DNA from: Octopus vulgaris
Lineage: Eukaryota
NCBI GenBank assembly: GCA_951406725.2
Contig: OX597831.1
Coordinates: forward strand, 5,766,001 to 5,830,000
Direction: 5' to 3'
DNA length: 64,000 bases
In this document: in pieces, positions 13,540 through 25,263 of the stretch
Layout of the letters: every line of letters begins with the position of its first letter
How positions within the stretch are numbered: the first letter of the stretch is position 1
The notes under the pieces: generated by a model
Database searches by the model: none
What the model saw: only the letters and a program-made list of their open reading frames with translations
What the model was told of the DNA's origin: nothing
Made by a program: the position numbers and the translations under genes

Positions 13540-13780
13540 TCTATTCTGTTTTGAATTATTTAAATTCATTGTCTGAGGAAGGAGATGGTTTCTAACAAAG
13601 CTACAAAGCTCCATCTTTGGAATGTAGATAACAAAAACAGTGTCACATTTCAAACTTGAGAAAAGTCTTGCATATTTCTACTGTTCCACTTACAGACTAT
13701 ATTTATAATGTGTGAATTAGTTGGTTGATTTCTTTTTCTGAAAATCCAAGCTTATCCAGATTATCAGATAGGCAATGTAT
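13540..13780 (-). mobile_element. RLE-type LINE 3' end (decayed) next to a (TATG)-type repeat
   Basis: Minus strand CLSDNLDKLGFSEKEINQLIHTL*I*SVSGTVEICKTFLKF. Related pieces at 6090-6125, 25365-25490 and 49010-49205 (+; NIILGALNY...NLEMLGFPQKELKKL). Confidence 0.7.
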
Positions 13781-13789
13781 GTACGTGTG

Positions 13790-14335
13790 CAGTAATCTCT
13801 CAACTTTTGCGAGTATTACATTCCAAAACCCCCAGCGATAGGGGAAAATCTGCAAAGTGGAAACAGTACTGTGAATTTTGATTATTATTCTTATAATTTG
13901 TATATATTTATTTTAATATAAATGCAAAACAACACTACCGAGGAATCAACGTAAGTTTAAATAATAAACCGCGATAGGTTAACCACAATATGACAAGGGA
14001 TTAGAGTATATATGTATATACAGTAATCCCTCGACTGTTGCAAGTATTACATTCCAAAACCCTCAGCGATTGGAGAAAATCTGCTAAGTAGAAACAGTAC
14101 TGTATTCTTTTACTCTTTTACTTGTTTCAGTCATTTGACTGCGGCCATGCTGGAGCACCGGAACCATGTGGTTGGTAAGCTAGCTAGTTACCACACAGCC
14201 ACTCCTGCGCCTATGTATATTTAAAAAAAATTTTATAATTTGTATATATTTATTTTATTACGAATGCAAAACAACACCACGGAGGGATCGACATAAGCTT
14301 AACTAATAAACTGCAACATGACAAGGGATTACTGT
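13790..14335. mobile_element. Two tandem Tigger/pogo-type MITEs
   Basis: TIR cagtaatccct / agggattactg flanked by TA (14021-14333). A degenerate first copy spans 13790-14005, and a SINE fragment lies inside the second. Confidence 0.65.
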
Positions 14336-14593
14336 ATATACTCTGAAATGTTTGTATTGAAGCTTCTGGTACGAGTGCCAAGCAGTACAGTATGTTTCCA
14401 AATTTCTGGCGAGTGAATTATGTCAAGGTGCTGATTTTCTCACAGACTGTGCCCAACTGCCCCTACTATACTGAGCAGTCAGCAAAATCAAAAACAAACA
14501 ATGTGCATGAGCAAAATTTAGAATATGAAAGGGATGGCGACAATTTACCCATTGTCCCCTGTATGTATATATATATATGTGTGTGTGTGTATG

Positions 14594-14652
<59 letters not shown>

Positions 14653-14669
14653 GTACATACATGCATATA

Positions 14670-14950
14670 TATATATTATAGACAAACTTTGGGAGTGTCG
14701 AATGTGTTGGTATTTTACAGACAAGAAAGTAAATTTTGAAAGCAATAAATTGTAAGAACGGCAGCGAAAGACCATGCATTTTACCCTTAGAAGATGGAAA
14801 AAGTTGCCAGCAGGCTCCAGGAGAACATTTTTCTGCATTTTAAGGGCAAAATACCCAATTTCTCTCTGATGTTTACCCAGCTCTACTGCATTAAAAATTT
14901 ACTTTCTTACCAACACACTCAGTACTTCTAAAATTTGTTTATAAAATATG
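14670..14950. mobile_element. MITE-like element with long imperfect terminal inverted repeats
   Basis: acaaactttgggagtgtcgaatgtgttggta...aagaaagtaaatttt is mirrored by aaaatttactttcttaccaacacactcagtacttctaaaatttgt. Confidence 0.55.
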
Positions 14951-15084
14951 TATACACAGACACGACAGAAGTAAATAGACATCCCATAAAACATCATTTT
15001 ATGTTTATTTTAACATGAAAAGGTTTATATTTTCTTATTATTTGACATTTTTGTGTTTCATGTTCTATATGTGACTGTTTAATC

Positions 15085-16330
15085 ATGCCACATTCAAAAG
15101 AGGCCTTGAAACTGTCCGAATTTCAAAGAGGCCGTATCGTGGGTCAATCTGAAGGTGGACTTAGTCAATGTAAAATTGCAGAAAACATTGGGACCCCATT
15201 TTCTACAGTTAATAGAATGATTGTGCAATTCACCAGAGAGGAGAAGGAGTCCACATCACCTTGCCTAGGTCAACCAGAGTCCTCTGACAGGACCCTTCAT
15301 TTTGTTGAGGATAATCCTCATTGCAAGGCCTCTGACATAGCAAAACATGTTGATATCAATCAGAGAACAGCTATCAGGTATCTTCACAAACTTGGCTACT
15401 ATGGCAGAGCAGCAAGAAAGAAGCCGCTTCTTCAACCAACCAATATGAAGTGGAGAAAAGATTGGGCCAGTGAGATGGTGGAGAAGTCACTATCATTTTG
15501 CGACACTGTCATATTCTCTGATGCTGTATTTTCTGACAGTGGTCGAGTGTGGGTCTGTAGAATCTGTGATCTAGAAATTGATGTGGAATGGTTGCAGCCA
15601 ACAATGAAACATGGTGGCTATTCTGTGATGGTCTGGGGAGCAATTTGGAGCAATGGTCGATCAGAGCTGGTGGAGTGTGAGGGAAACATAAACTCAGATA
15701 AATATAAGGCGGCGAACTGGCAGAAACGTTAGCACGGCGGGCGAAATACATAGCCGTATTTCGTCTGTCGTTACGTTCTGAGTTCAAATTCCACTGAGGT
15801 CGACTTTGCCTTTCATCCTTTCAGGGTCGATAAATTAAGTACCAGTTACGCACTGGGGTCGATGTAATCGACTTAATCCGTTTGCATGTCCTTGTTTGTC
15901 CCCTCTATGTTTAGCCCCTTGTGGGTAATAAACAGATAATAAACTCAGATAAATATGCATCCATATTGCAGAAAGGACTCCTTCCAATCTTCTCCAGTAG
16001 TGAAATGATTAAAGAAGACTCTCTATTTATGGAAGATGGAGCTCTTTGTCACATGGCTAAAAAGACCCAAGATCGGTTGGAAGAGAATAGTATTAGAAAG
16101 CTTCTATGGCCAAGCCAGTTCCCAGATATGAACCCTATTGAACATCTCTGGGGCATAATGGACAGGACACTTCATAAAAAGAACAAGAAAGCATCTTCAA
16201 ATGCCAGATCTTTTGAGATTACTGCATGAAACATGGCATGAAATTCATTAAGAGAATATTCATCATCTGATCAGTACCTTGCCTAATACGGTCCTGACAC
16301 AGAAAAGTTCAAAGGGTATGTCTAATAAAT
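15085..16330 (+). pseudogene. Tc1-like DDE transposase, disrupted by a SINE insertion and frameshifts
   Basis: HTH region [11 protein letters not shown], then [35 protein letters not shown] and WPSQFPDMNPIEHLW. Confidence 0.92.
15706..15938 (+). mobile_element. tRNA-derived SINE family A (Meta-domain-like core) with 18 bp TSD
   Basis: ggcggcgaactggcagaaacg...gagttcaaattcc (box B)...gtcgactttgcctttcatccttt...gtcgataaattaagtacc. TSD ataaactcagataaatat at 15688-15705 and 15939-15956. Other copies near 11352, 24062, 37025, 42585, 51852, 63382 and 63891. Confidence 0.92.
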
Positions 16331-16685
16331 ATTAGATATTCACATTATAATAATTAACAAATAATTTGAATGTATAATTTCAGATTTAAATAAATTTTAA
16401 TGATTATGAGGGTGTCTATTTACTTTTGTTGTGTGTGCGCATGTGTGTGTATATTAATTATTAGTGAGAGAAGCAGTATTAGTAACAAATGGTAGTCTGT
16501 ATATCCAGCTTAACATAGATGTCTTGTTAGAACACTGAATACTGCATTATTAGCCTTGAACGACCCTCTCACATAGGTGCTTGGTGCATAAAAGCTCACT
16601 CATATAAAGGTTACCTGAGGTGATGAGGGACAAACATAGACACACACACACACACACACTCACACACACACATACATACATATAT

Positions 16686-17071
16686 ATCTATTATATAAAA
16701 TCTATTCTGTCTGTCTGTGTGTGTCTTCTAGGATCTTGGGCATCCTCCATCCGACTGCGCTCAAATTTGATATGTAGATACCGATGGACTCAGGGCATGT
16801 ATAAGTCTTGAAAATATTACAAAAATCAATTCCAGGTAAGAATGCGATTGATAAAGCCGTGGGAACATGTATTTGTACGAGCAAGTGCATCAGCTGTTGC
16901 GACTGATACTATGTGTATGCGAGAAAAATGCACATGCAGTTTGCGCAAAAAATGCCGGCTGGCTTGAAATATTGCCACAAAATGGGATGGTCAGACAAGT
17001 TGTTTTGAGAAAATTTGGTTTAAATGTTTGACAACTCAGCACTGTCCATTGGACAGGGCACGTTTTGCTTG

Positions 17072-17072
<1 letters not shown>
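16686..17072 (+). mobile_element. Non-autonomous Helitron-like element, second family
   Basis: Starts tctattatataaaatc and ends with a hairpin (ctgtccattggacag) plus gcacgttttgcttgt. The copy at 34087-34453 ends ccgtccactggacgg...ttttgctcgt. Confidence 0.6.
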
Positions 17073-17119
<47 letters not shown>

Positions 17120-17131
17120 AATATATATATA

Positions 17132-17172
<41 letters not shown>

Positions 17173-17341
17173 AATATTAGGGAATGAATCCAAAATTACA
17201 GGGAAAAATCAGATTTAGGGTTAAATCCAATTTTATAGTAAAATATTATATAATATAATTCGAGACAAAACCACTATTTTAAAACCAAACAAGGAAAGAC
17301 TTAATCAATACATAAAATTTTAATATAAATTAAATAAAACG

Positions 17342-17385
17342 CCACTACAATTGTTTCATGTCTGCTACCGACATTCTTCAGGTGG
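17342..17385 (-). ncRNA. Minimal type I hammerhead ribozyme, intact consensus core
   Basis: Minus strand: ccac CTGAAGA atgtc ggtagca gacat GAAA caattg TA gtgg. Stem I 4 bp, stem II 5 bp, palindromic stem III, GUA site. Confidence 0.85.
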
Positions 17386-17477
17386 ATTTTCGATCTTCTA
17401 ATCAGTATCAAATTTTGAAGTTTATTTAATTTATATTAAAATTTTATGTATTGATTAAGTCTTTCCTTGTCTCGAAT

Positions 17478-17517
<40 letters not shown>

Positions 17518-19329
17518 GTATATATGTACGACAGGCTTCTTTCAGTTTCCATCTACCAAATCCATTCACAAGGCTTTGGTCAGCCCAAGGTTATAGTAGA
17601 AGGCACTTACCCAAGGTGTCATGCAATGGGACTGAACTAGGAACCATGTGATTGAGAGGCAATCTTCTTACCACACAGCCATGCCTGTACCTATAAAAGA
17701 TTTTTCTCAGTCTTGCACCAAAGACAGTGAAGATTGGTAACAACAACAAGAGCATTAACAACAACAACAACAACAGCCAACAGCAATAACAGATAATGGC
17801 AAGAGCATTATCAACAACAACAATTCCAGCAATGATGTAGAAAGAAGGATTGTTTTGGTTGAAATTATGCTAAAGTGTTGGTCATCTACTAGATTGGTAG
17901 TCATTGATCAATATAGATCAATATTGATTGGTGATTGGGGAATTGGTGGCTGATATAAATGGCATTTCGGTGCTGAAAAGATTGTGAAATCCAACATATT
18001 TGAAATAAAAGATATGGTAAGTGGGTGTAAGATACAGAGGAAGGAAACGGTGGAGGGGTGGGTATGAAGATGAGGTGGTTGGTGGGGTGAGTGCACAGGG
18101 ATGCTTGGTGGGTATAGACTTTCAGATATTGGGTGAAGGTCACACAGGAGTGTAGTCACAAGATAGAGAGCATCCTTATCAGAGTTCTGTTATCACTATG
18201 TATAGACACCCCATAAAACATCGTTCTATGTTTATTTTAACATGTAGAGCTTCATGTTTTCTAATAATTAATATTTTCATGCTTCAGGTTCTACATGTGA
18301 CTGTTTAATCATGCCACATGCAAAAAATAGTCTTGGAACTGTTCAAATTTCAAAGAGGCCATATTGTGGGTCAATCTGAAGGTGGACTTAGTCAACGTAA
18401 AACTGCAGAAAACAATTTAGCATTCAGATTTCTCTGTCAAATGTAATACTTATTTATTCACCTTGATTTGAAGTGATCATTCATTATGCTGTAGCCTTGA
18501 GATTTCAATAATATGATTGTTTATTTTTAGAATGGCATTGTTGGTAGGTGTGAAGTGCCTGATTGGGTCACTTTGAGTGTAAAACAAGTAGAATATCTGG
18601 GCTGGAAATGGCCGGTTTGAATCATTCAGCTACGGTAGTAGTTGAATAATATTCTTAAGGCTGCAATTTACACAGATGCAACACCTTTCAGTGCTTGTCG
18701 CTAATTCAGTTCTTAACCGAATTGAAAACTGTTAACATTTTTGAAGAGGACTGGTACCTAGCTACATTTTGGCATTAAAAAATTGAGATTTGATCCAGTA
18801 GGAAAAAGTTTACATCAAAATTTGTAGCAACCTTATAGGAGAGTAACTAACACCAGCAATCAAGTTTAGATCTAAATAACTTTTATATTTTAAAAGTAAA
18901 ATATATTTATCTTAGCTTCAATGATAGAAGAAAGCATGAAGAATTTCATAGTTGTGTTCCCATGCAACAAAAATTTGTATCAAAAATGTTGTGGGGTAAA
19001 ATATCATGAAAAAAATATGAGTAAGGCAAAAAATTGGATTTAAGCATAATTAACATTTTTATCTTAAAACAAACTATATTTCAATTAAGCTTAAATGATA
19101 GAGATCAATTCGAGGAATTTCCTGGTATCAGTCTCATGCAAGGAATTTTTAAAAGAAAAATGTGATGAGTGTTTGTTTCCCAAATTTGAGGATGATACAT
19201 TTTATGAATATAGTTCTATAGGGGACTTTTGATATATGTCACCCATGTCATTGAGGTAAGGAAAAAATTATCAGCGACACTGCTAATTGACATATTTGAC
19301 ATTATTAATTAGCATAATAACATGGCCTG

Positions 19330-20555
19330 GAAAAATATGGATTACATGGGAAAATGCAAGCAAGGGAAATGATATTTTAGGATTATAAACCTGGAAAATT
19401 ACAGGACAAATCATTAGACTTGGAAAAAATCATGACAAGTTATTACATTTGATAAAGTACAGAACGAGAAAATATTTACTTAAAATATTGCAACTAAGGA
19501 CAAAATTTGAATAGTAAAAATTATTTGATATTAATTTACAAAGTAACATTATAATTAAAAAATGTACCATCATTTTGTTAAAATATTGACACACTAGAAT
19601 ACTTAAAAAATGAGAGCCAGAAGTACCAATGCAGCTAAAGTTTTATGCAAAGTAGAATAGTATATATGGTAGGCAAATTCATTATTTGGGGTCAAGACTA
19701 AAAATGTGAAGACTTGGCAAGAACTTAGGCAATAACTCAAGCAAATTTTACTGAGAATTTGTTGTTATAGGTAGATTTTACTGTAATGCATAATTAATTT
19801 TTGTATTATTCTATTTATTGTACTAAATAATTATGTACTACTATTATTTTTTATAAGCTATTTTCAAATTTCTAATGATTAATTAATGATTAAAAAATTA
19901 ATTTTTTTAAAGTGCAAAAAATATTTTAATTGAGCTATTTTTTTTAATTTTTAATAGAAGTATCAAGTAATAACAAATAGAAGTAACTTATAATAGAATT
20001 TTTAGTTTTAATAAAAGCTAATATTTTCTAGATTTAAATATTTTATTTGAAATTTAATCCTTAGCTGCAATATTTTAAGTAAAGATTTCCACTTGAAATA
20101 TATATGTTTTCAAAGGTGAATAGGCATCGACAGCTAGAAAGCCAGGCTACTCCAGACTGATGATGAGCAATGACTCTGAAACTAGTCTCTGGGTGCTGGC
20201 TTTGCTGGGTGGAGGTACTTATCTCCCCTTTGAAAACATAAGGACATATGAAATGTGTCAAGTCCAGCAGGAAACGGTTTTTCCAAGGGCTAAATGACAG
20301 TAACATTCTTCCCTTTCATGGGACTGTCACATTAAGTTGACAACATACCATCACTTTATCATGCTGCTACAGCATCAATCTCTTTGAGAGATTTAGTAAT
20401 ATATTATTTCTATTTTCAAAGATTTTCTTGTTCTATACTTTGCTAGATGTAATAAGTTGTCCTGAACTTTTCCAAGTGTAAAAACTTGTCCTGTAATTTT
20501 CCAGGTTTATAATCTTAAGAATATTATTTCACTTGCTTGCATTTTCCCCTGTAAT
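19330..20555. repeat. Long inverted repeat pair (~100 bp arms) around an AT-rich interior
   Basis: attacatgggaaaatgcaagcaagggaaatgatattttaggattataaacctggaaaattacaggacaa (19341-19410) is mirrored at 20486-20555. The interior motif cttagctgcaatattttaagta also occurs at 39461. Confidence 0.7.
20152..20192 (+). ncRNA. Minimal type I hammerhead ribozyme
   Basis: ccaga CTGATGA t gag caatga ctc t GAAA ctag TC tctgg. Stem I can extend via agccag (20140)/ctggct (20196). GUC site. Confidence 0.8.
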
Positions 20556-20989
20556 ACTAAATGGTTAAGCGACAAGCATGACACAACACCAATGCTTCAA
20601 AAAGTATGTACAGTCACCGGAAGTAACTTGCACGGACACCGAAATACATCTGCCATCACCAGAGAAAACAAAGCAACTACCCCCAGCGACTTGCTTGACC
20701 TTTCATTGGACAAAAGCTACCTACCTGCCATTCTATTGGACACTGGCTAAACATCACTGCTAATATTTTTGTATAAATAGACATCATAAATCGCTGTAAA
20801 GGCAGTTGGCCTTTTGGCACTCGACTGATGTAAATCGTGTCCCTCTCGCCTGTCACGCTCGCCACTCACACTGCCTCGAACCTTTGTACTGCTATTTCAC
20901 GCCTGAAATAAATCGCTGTATAAACTTACACCTCTTGTCTGCTCGTCATTTCAACGACTGCTTTCGTCTGTCCAGTTTTGCTGATTACG

Positions 20990-21240
20990 ACCACAGTCCT
21001 TTTCAGGGCTAATTCAAGTCTGATCTGAATGCGATAACAGTCCTTTTCAGGGCTAATTCAAGTCTGATCTGAATGCGATAACAGTCCTTTTTAGGACTAC
21101 TCTCAGATCCGATCTAATTGCGATAACAGTCCTTTTTAGGACTACTCTCAGATTCGATCTAATTGCGATAACAGTCCTTTTTAGGACTATTCTTGGATCG
21201 GATAACCGTCTTTTTAAGGGCTACCCTCAGATCAGACCAG
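20990..21240. repeat. ~44-45 bp minisatellite, ~5.5 copies
   Basis: acagtccttttcagggctaattcaagtctgatctgaatgcgata and variants, in tandem without spacers. Confidence 0.85.
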
Positions 21241-21585
21241 AAGTAGTGGCCAAGAATCATACCCGCTACAAGTACATAACAAGGTTTGAGTGTCTTCTAA
21301 GGGCTTCTTCTTGTTCTATGGCACACATTCTCACTCTCTCTCTCACACGTACACACACACACACAAGCCTGAAATGAAGCTTTGTGATACTAATGGACAT
21401 AATGTTTGATTTCAAGCTGATCTAACAGCTTATTAAAAAGAAGTCCTTTACATTGAGGTCACCAGCATTTGAGTTATACTTCATGATGCATTATTCAGCT
21501 TTTGTCATTTGAACGAACACACACTAGACAGAAACTAGGAATAACAAGGACATGACTCATCACTTTCAAGTAAATATAATGATTA

Positions 21586-21633
<48 letters not shown>

Positions 21634-21693
21634 GTATATATTTCTGTGTACATTGTGCATGTATGTATATCTATATAAATATAAATATATGTG

Positions 21694-21743
<50 letters not shown>

Positions 21744-21759
21744 TATGTATATATGTATG

Positions 21760-21850
<91 letters not shown>

Positions 21851-21875
21851 AACCTCCAGTTTTTTAATATGCTAG

Positions 21876-21938
21876 ACCACTGGTTTTAAATTGATGTTAA
21901 TCAAATTAATATCCAATTTTCACCCTCATTTTAATTTC

Positions 21939-21986
<48 letters not shown>

Positions 21987-22309
21987 TGTTGTACCTGGGG
22001 AGAGTCATTCTCTTTTGGTGCCTTATAATTTAACACACTCACTGGTAAAATTTCCACTTATTTCTTTTTTATTTTTTTATCTTTTTATTTTTTTATTTTC
22101 TAAGTGGAAATTTTACCGGTGAGTTTGTTAAATTATAAGGCACCAAAAGAGAATGACTCTCCCCAGGCACAACAGAATATGCTTCAACACACAAACTCAC
22201 ATAAAGAATCTTGCAAACCAAATCCAAAAACGATATATATATAAATTTAAAATAATAAGGGTGAAAAATTGAATATTAATTTAATTAATATCAATTTAAA
22301 ACCAGTGGT
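21876..22309. repeat. Nested inverted repeats inserted in (TA)n
   Basis: Inner arms 21986-22060 and 22101-22175 (75 bp, few mismatches). Outer arms ~21876-21945 and ~22241-22309. Confidence 0.85.
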
Positions 22310-22341
22310 TTTAAAGATTGGGTAAAATTATATTACATACA

Positions 22342-22702
22342 TATAAGAGGGATGACCACTAAGTGGACATACATTATGCTGGAAGTCAACCCCCTATCCG
22401 CTAACCACTAAGAAAGGAATGTTCTCAAGAAAATTTAGCAAATGCCAGAACATAAGCGAGCAAGACAAATAACAAGATACAAAATATACAGATTAATATC
22501 ACAAACCTGTTTCGTTGTTACCTCTTACGTAATCACTTATGTAGATGTCCGCAAATCGTCAGTGTGATCATCATAGCAAAATATAATTTGCAGAACAGAA
22601 ATTTGCTAAATTTTCTTGAGAACATTCCTTTTCTTAGTTGTAACACCATAGGGGGTTGACTTCTAGCATAAGGATGTCCACTTAGTGGTCATCCCTCTTA
22701 TA
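22342..22702. mobile_element. Foldback PLE-derived short element: ~100 bp inverted arms around a hammerhead-like motif
   Basis: Arms 22342-22443 and 22601-22702, followed by (TA)n. Confidence 0.75.
22498..22568 (-). ncRNA. Type I hammerhead-like motif with extended stem II
   Basis: Minus strand: atcaca CTGACGA tttgcg...tacataagtgattacgta...caac GAAA cagg TT tgtgat. Stem I is 6 bp. Confidence 0.65.
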
Positions 22703-23234
22703 AGTATATATATATATATCACCGTGATCACCGTGACCGACCAGGCTATCAGATGTTGCTACACATCGCTGGTCACAATGCACTTCGCATTGTTTTAGCC
22801 TTCAAATTTCGCCACCTTGCTGACTAAACGAGTAGGCCAACAGAAGAAAGAGTGAAAGAAAGTTGCAGCAAAAGAGTACAGCAGGGATCGCTACCATCCC
22901 CTGCCGGAGCTTCGTGGAGCTTTAGGTGTTTTTGCTCAATAAACACTCACATCCTACAACTGGGATGTGCCTCCACATATATATATATATCTATCTATAT
23001 ATATATATATATATATAATCAATAATAAATCTCTGAGTGAGGTATAAACAGTAGCTGCACAACATCGTGGAGTATATTTGCCACTTAAATGTGGCTAACT
23101 CTTAAGGGGTGGATGCTACTGTAGCATGTAGCCCCAGGAGGACACTTCCTCCAGCTGGCTATTAACACACTTTCTGTGCCCTATCAGTATTTGCAAAGGG
23201 AAACCATCCTTCCTATCTTCAATTTGACATGATA

Positions 23235-23279
23235 CACACGGACCCGGGTTTCTGGTTATTGACCCGTCATCAGCATGTG
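23235..23279 (-). ncRNA. Minimal type I hammerhead ribozyme (stem II eroded)
   Basis: Minus strand: cacatg CTGATGA cgggtcaataacca GAAA cccggg TC cgtgtg. GUC site, palindromic stem III. Confidence 0.75.
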
Positions 23280-23554
23280 ACAATCACCGATTGTCGATGA
23301 AAAGTGTGTTCCCTTAAGAAGTATGAAATAAAATTGAATAATGACATACATATATGCAATAGGCCTGTTTTAGTTTTTGTCAGCCAAATCCACTCATACA
23401 GCTTTGTCAGCCCAGGGCTATAATAGAGGACAGTTGCCTTAGGTGCCATGCAGTCGGACTAAACCTGGAACCTTGTGGCTGGGAAGCAAACTTCTTTCCA
23501 CACACACACACATACAGACACATATGTATGTATATTTGTGTGTGCGCCTTTGTG

Positions 23555-23601
<47 letters not shown>

Positions 23602-24835
23602 TAATTTTCTATAATCATAGTCCAGGTTGCTGCTGGGGCCAATCGTAGTCGTGGTCACTGCCGGTGCCATGTAAATGGCAACCGTGCCTCATAGTCATGG
23701 TCGTTGAACTGTAGTTGTGGTCGTTGCCAGTGTTGTGTAAATGGCACCTGTGTCAGTGGCACATAAAGGCACCCATTTGTGGTTGGCATTAGGAAGGGCA
23801 TCCAACCATAGAGACCATACCAAATCAGACTGGAGACCTGGTGCTGCTCTCCAGCTTACCAGTTTTCAGTCAAACCATCTAACCCATGCCAGCATGGACA
23901 ACGGACGTTAAATGATGATGATGATAATGATGATGATGATGATGATGGTGACAACGACGATAATGATGATGATGATGACAACGACAATAACGTCAATGAT
24001 GATGATGACGACGACAACGACGATGATGATGATCATGATCATGATGATGACGACGACGACAATGGCAGAAACGCTAGCACGCCAGGTGAAATGCTTAGCG
24101 GTATTTCGTCTGTCTTTGCGTTCTGAGTTCAAATTCCGCCAAGGTCAACTTTTCCTTTCATCCTTTCGGAGTCGATAAATTAAGTACCAGTTATGTACTG
24201 CGGTCAATCTAGTCGACTGGCCCCCTCCCGCCAAATTTCGGGCCTTGTGCCTAGAGCAGAAAAGGATGATGATGATGATGATGATGATGTTGAAGATGAT
24301 TAATGAACCACAAGCACAGGATCCTTGATCATGCTCAGTGCATCTGGAAATTGAGCTCAGCACAATTCTGCCGGAATCCGATGGGAACTGTCCCTCCTTC
24401 TGACTAAAGTGTATAACAATGCAACGACGATAGTTGCACTATAGATGATTGCCAATATAAAATCAATATGGTGTTGTCTGATTTCACTGAATTCCGCTCC
24501 AAGATGGACACAAATATTGTGGCAATAGAAATGATTTAATGTTTGTTCAGAGATTAACCAGAAATCCTCACATCTACCCTGCATGTCTGTCTCCCCTGTC
24601 AACCGATCTATCTTTCACCTCTTATCTCCTTTCCTGTAAACCTATTTATATCTAATTACATCTATCTATCAGTCTGTCTATTTATCTATCCATCCATCAA
24701 TCAGTCTATCTATCTATCTATCTATATGTCTCTCTGTATGTATGTATGTATGTATGTATGTATGTATGTACGTCTGAGTCTGGCTGTCTGTCTAGCTGTC
24801 TGTCTGTCCGTAGCTTATCTATCAAATATTCTGCA

Positions 24836-24895
<60 letters not shown>

Positions 24896-25060
24896 TTTCT
24901 CTCTTTTTCTCTCTCTATTTATCCAGCCATCTATTGTAACATATTTTTCTAAAAATCATGTATCTATCTATCTGTCTGTCTGAGTCTGTTGGTCTATCTG
25001 TCTGTCCAAGTCTCTCTGTCAGTCTAGCTGTCTGTCTGTAACTATCTATCAAACGAACTA

Positions 25061-25095
<35 letters not shown>

Positions 25096-25227
25096 ATCTA
25101 GCCATTTATCCATCCATCTATCTATCTATCTAATTGTAACCTATTTTTCTAAAGATCATTTACCTGCCTCTCTGCCTGTCAGTCTATCCATAAATTATCT
25201 GTTTAATGATCTGTCCCTCTCTCTTAC

Positions 25228-25263
<36 letters not shown>

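Larger units (their letters stand above)
14955..16440 (+). mobile_element. Near full-length Tc1-family DNA transposon (inactive)
   Basis: Imperfect TIRs agtaaatagacatccc...cataa / ttatgagggtgtctatttact surround transposase ORF remnants. A 5' fragment of the same family lies at 18200-18415. Confidence 0.9.

Noticed and set aside
20990-21240. CRISPR-like appearance of the 44-45 bp repeats (and of the 67 bp repeats at 8605-9080)
   Set aside because: The units are contiguous with no unique spacers, there are no cas genes, and the context is eukaryotic.
20550-21270. Solo LTR (TG...CA ends, internal AATAAA)
   Set aside because: There is no TSD, and the initial tgtaat belongs to the neighbouring inverted arm. 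It is possible but unsupported.
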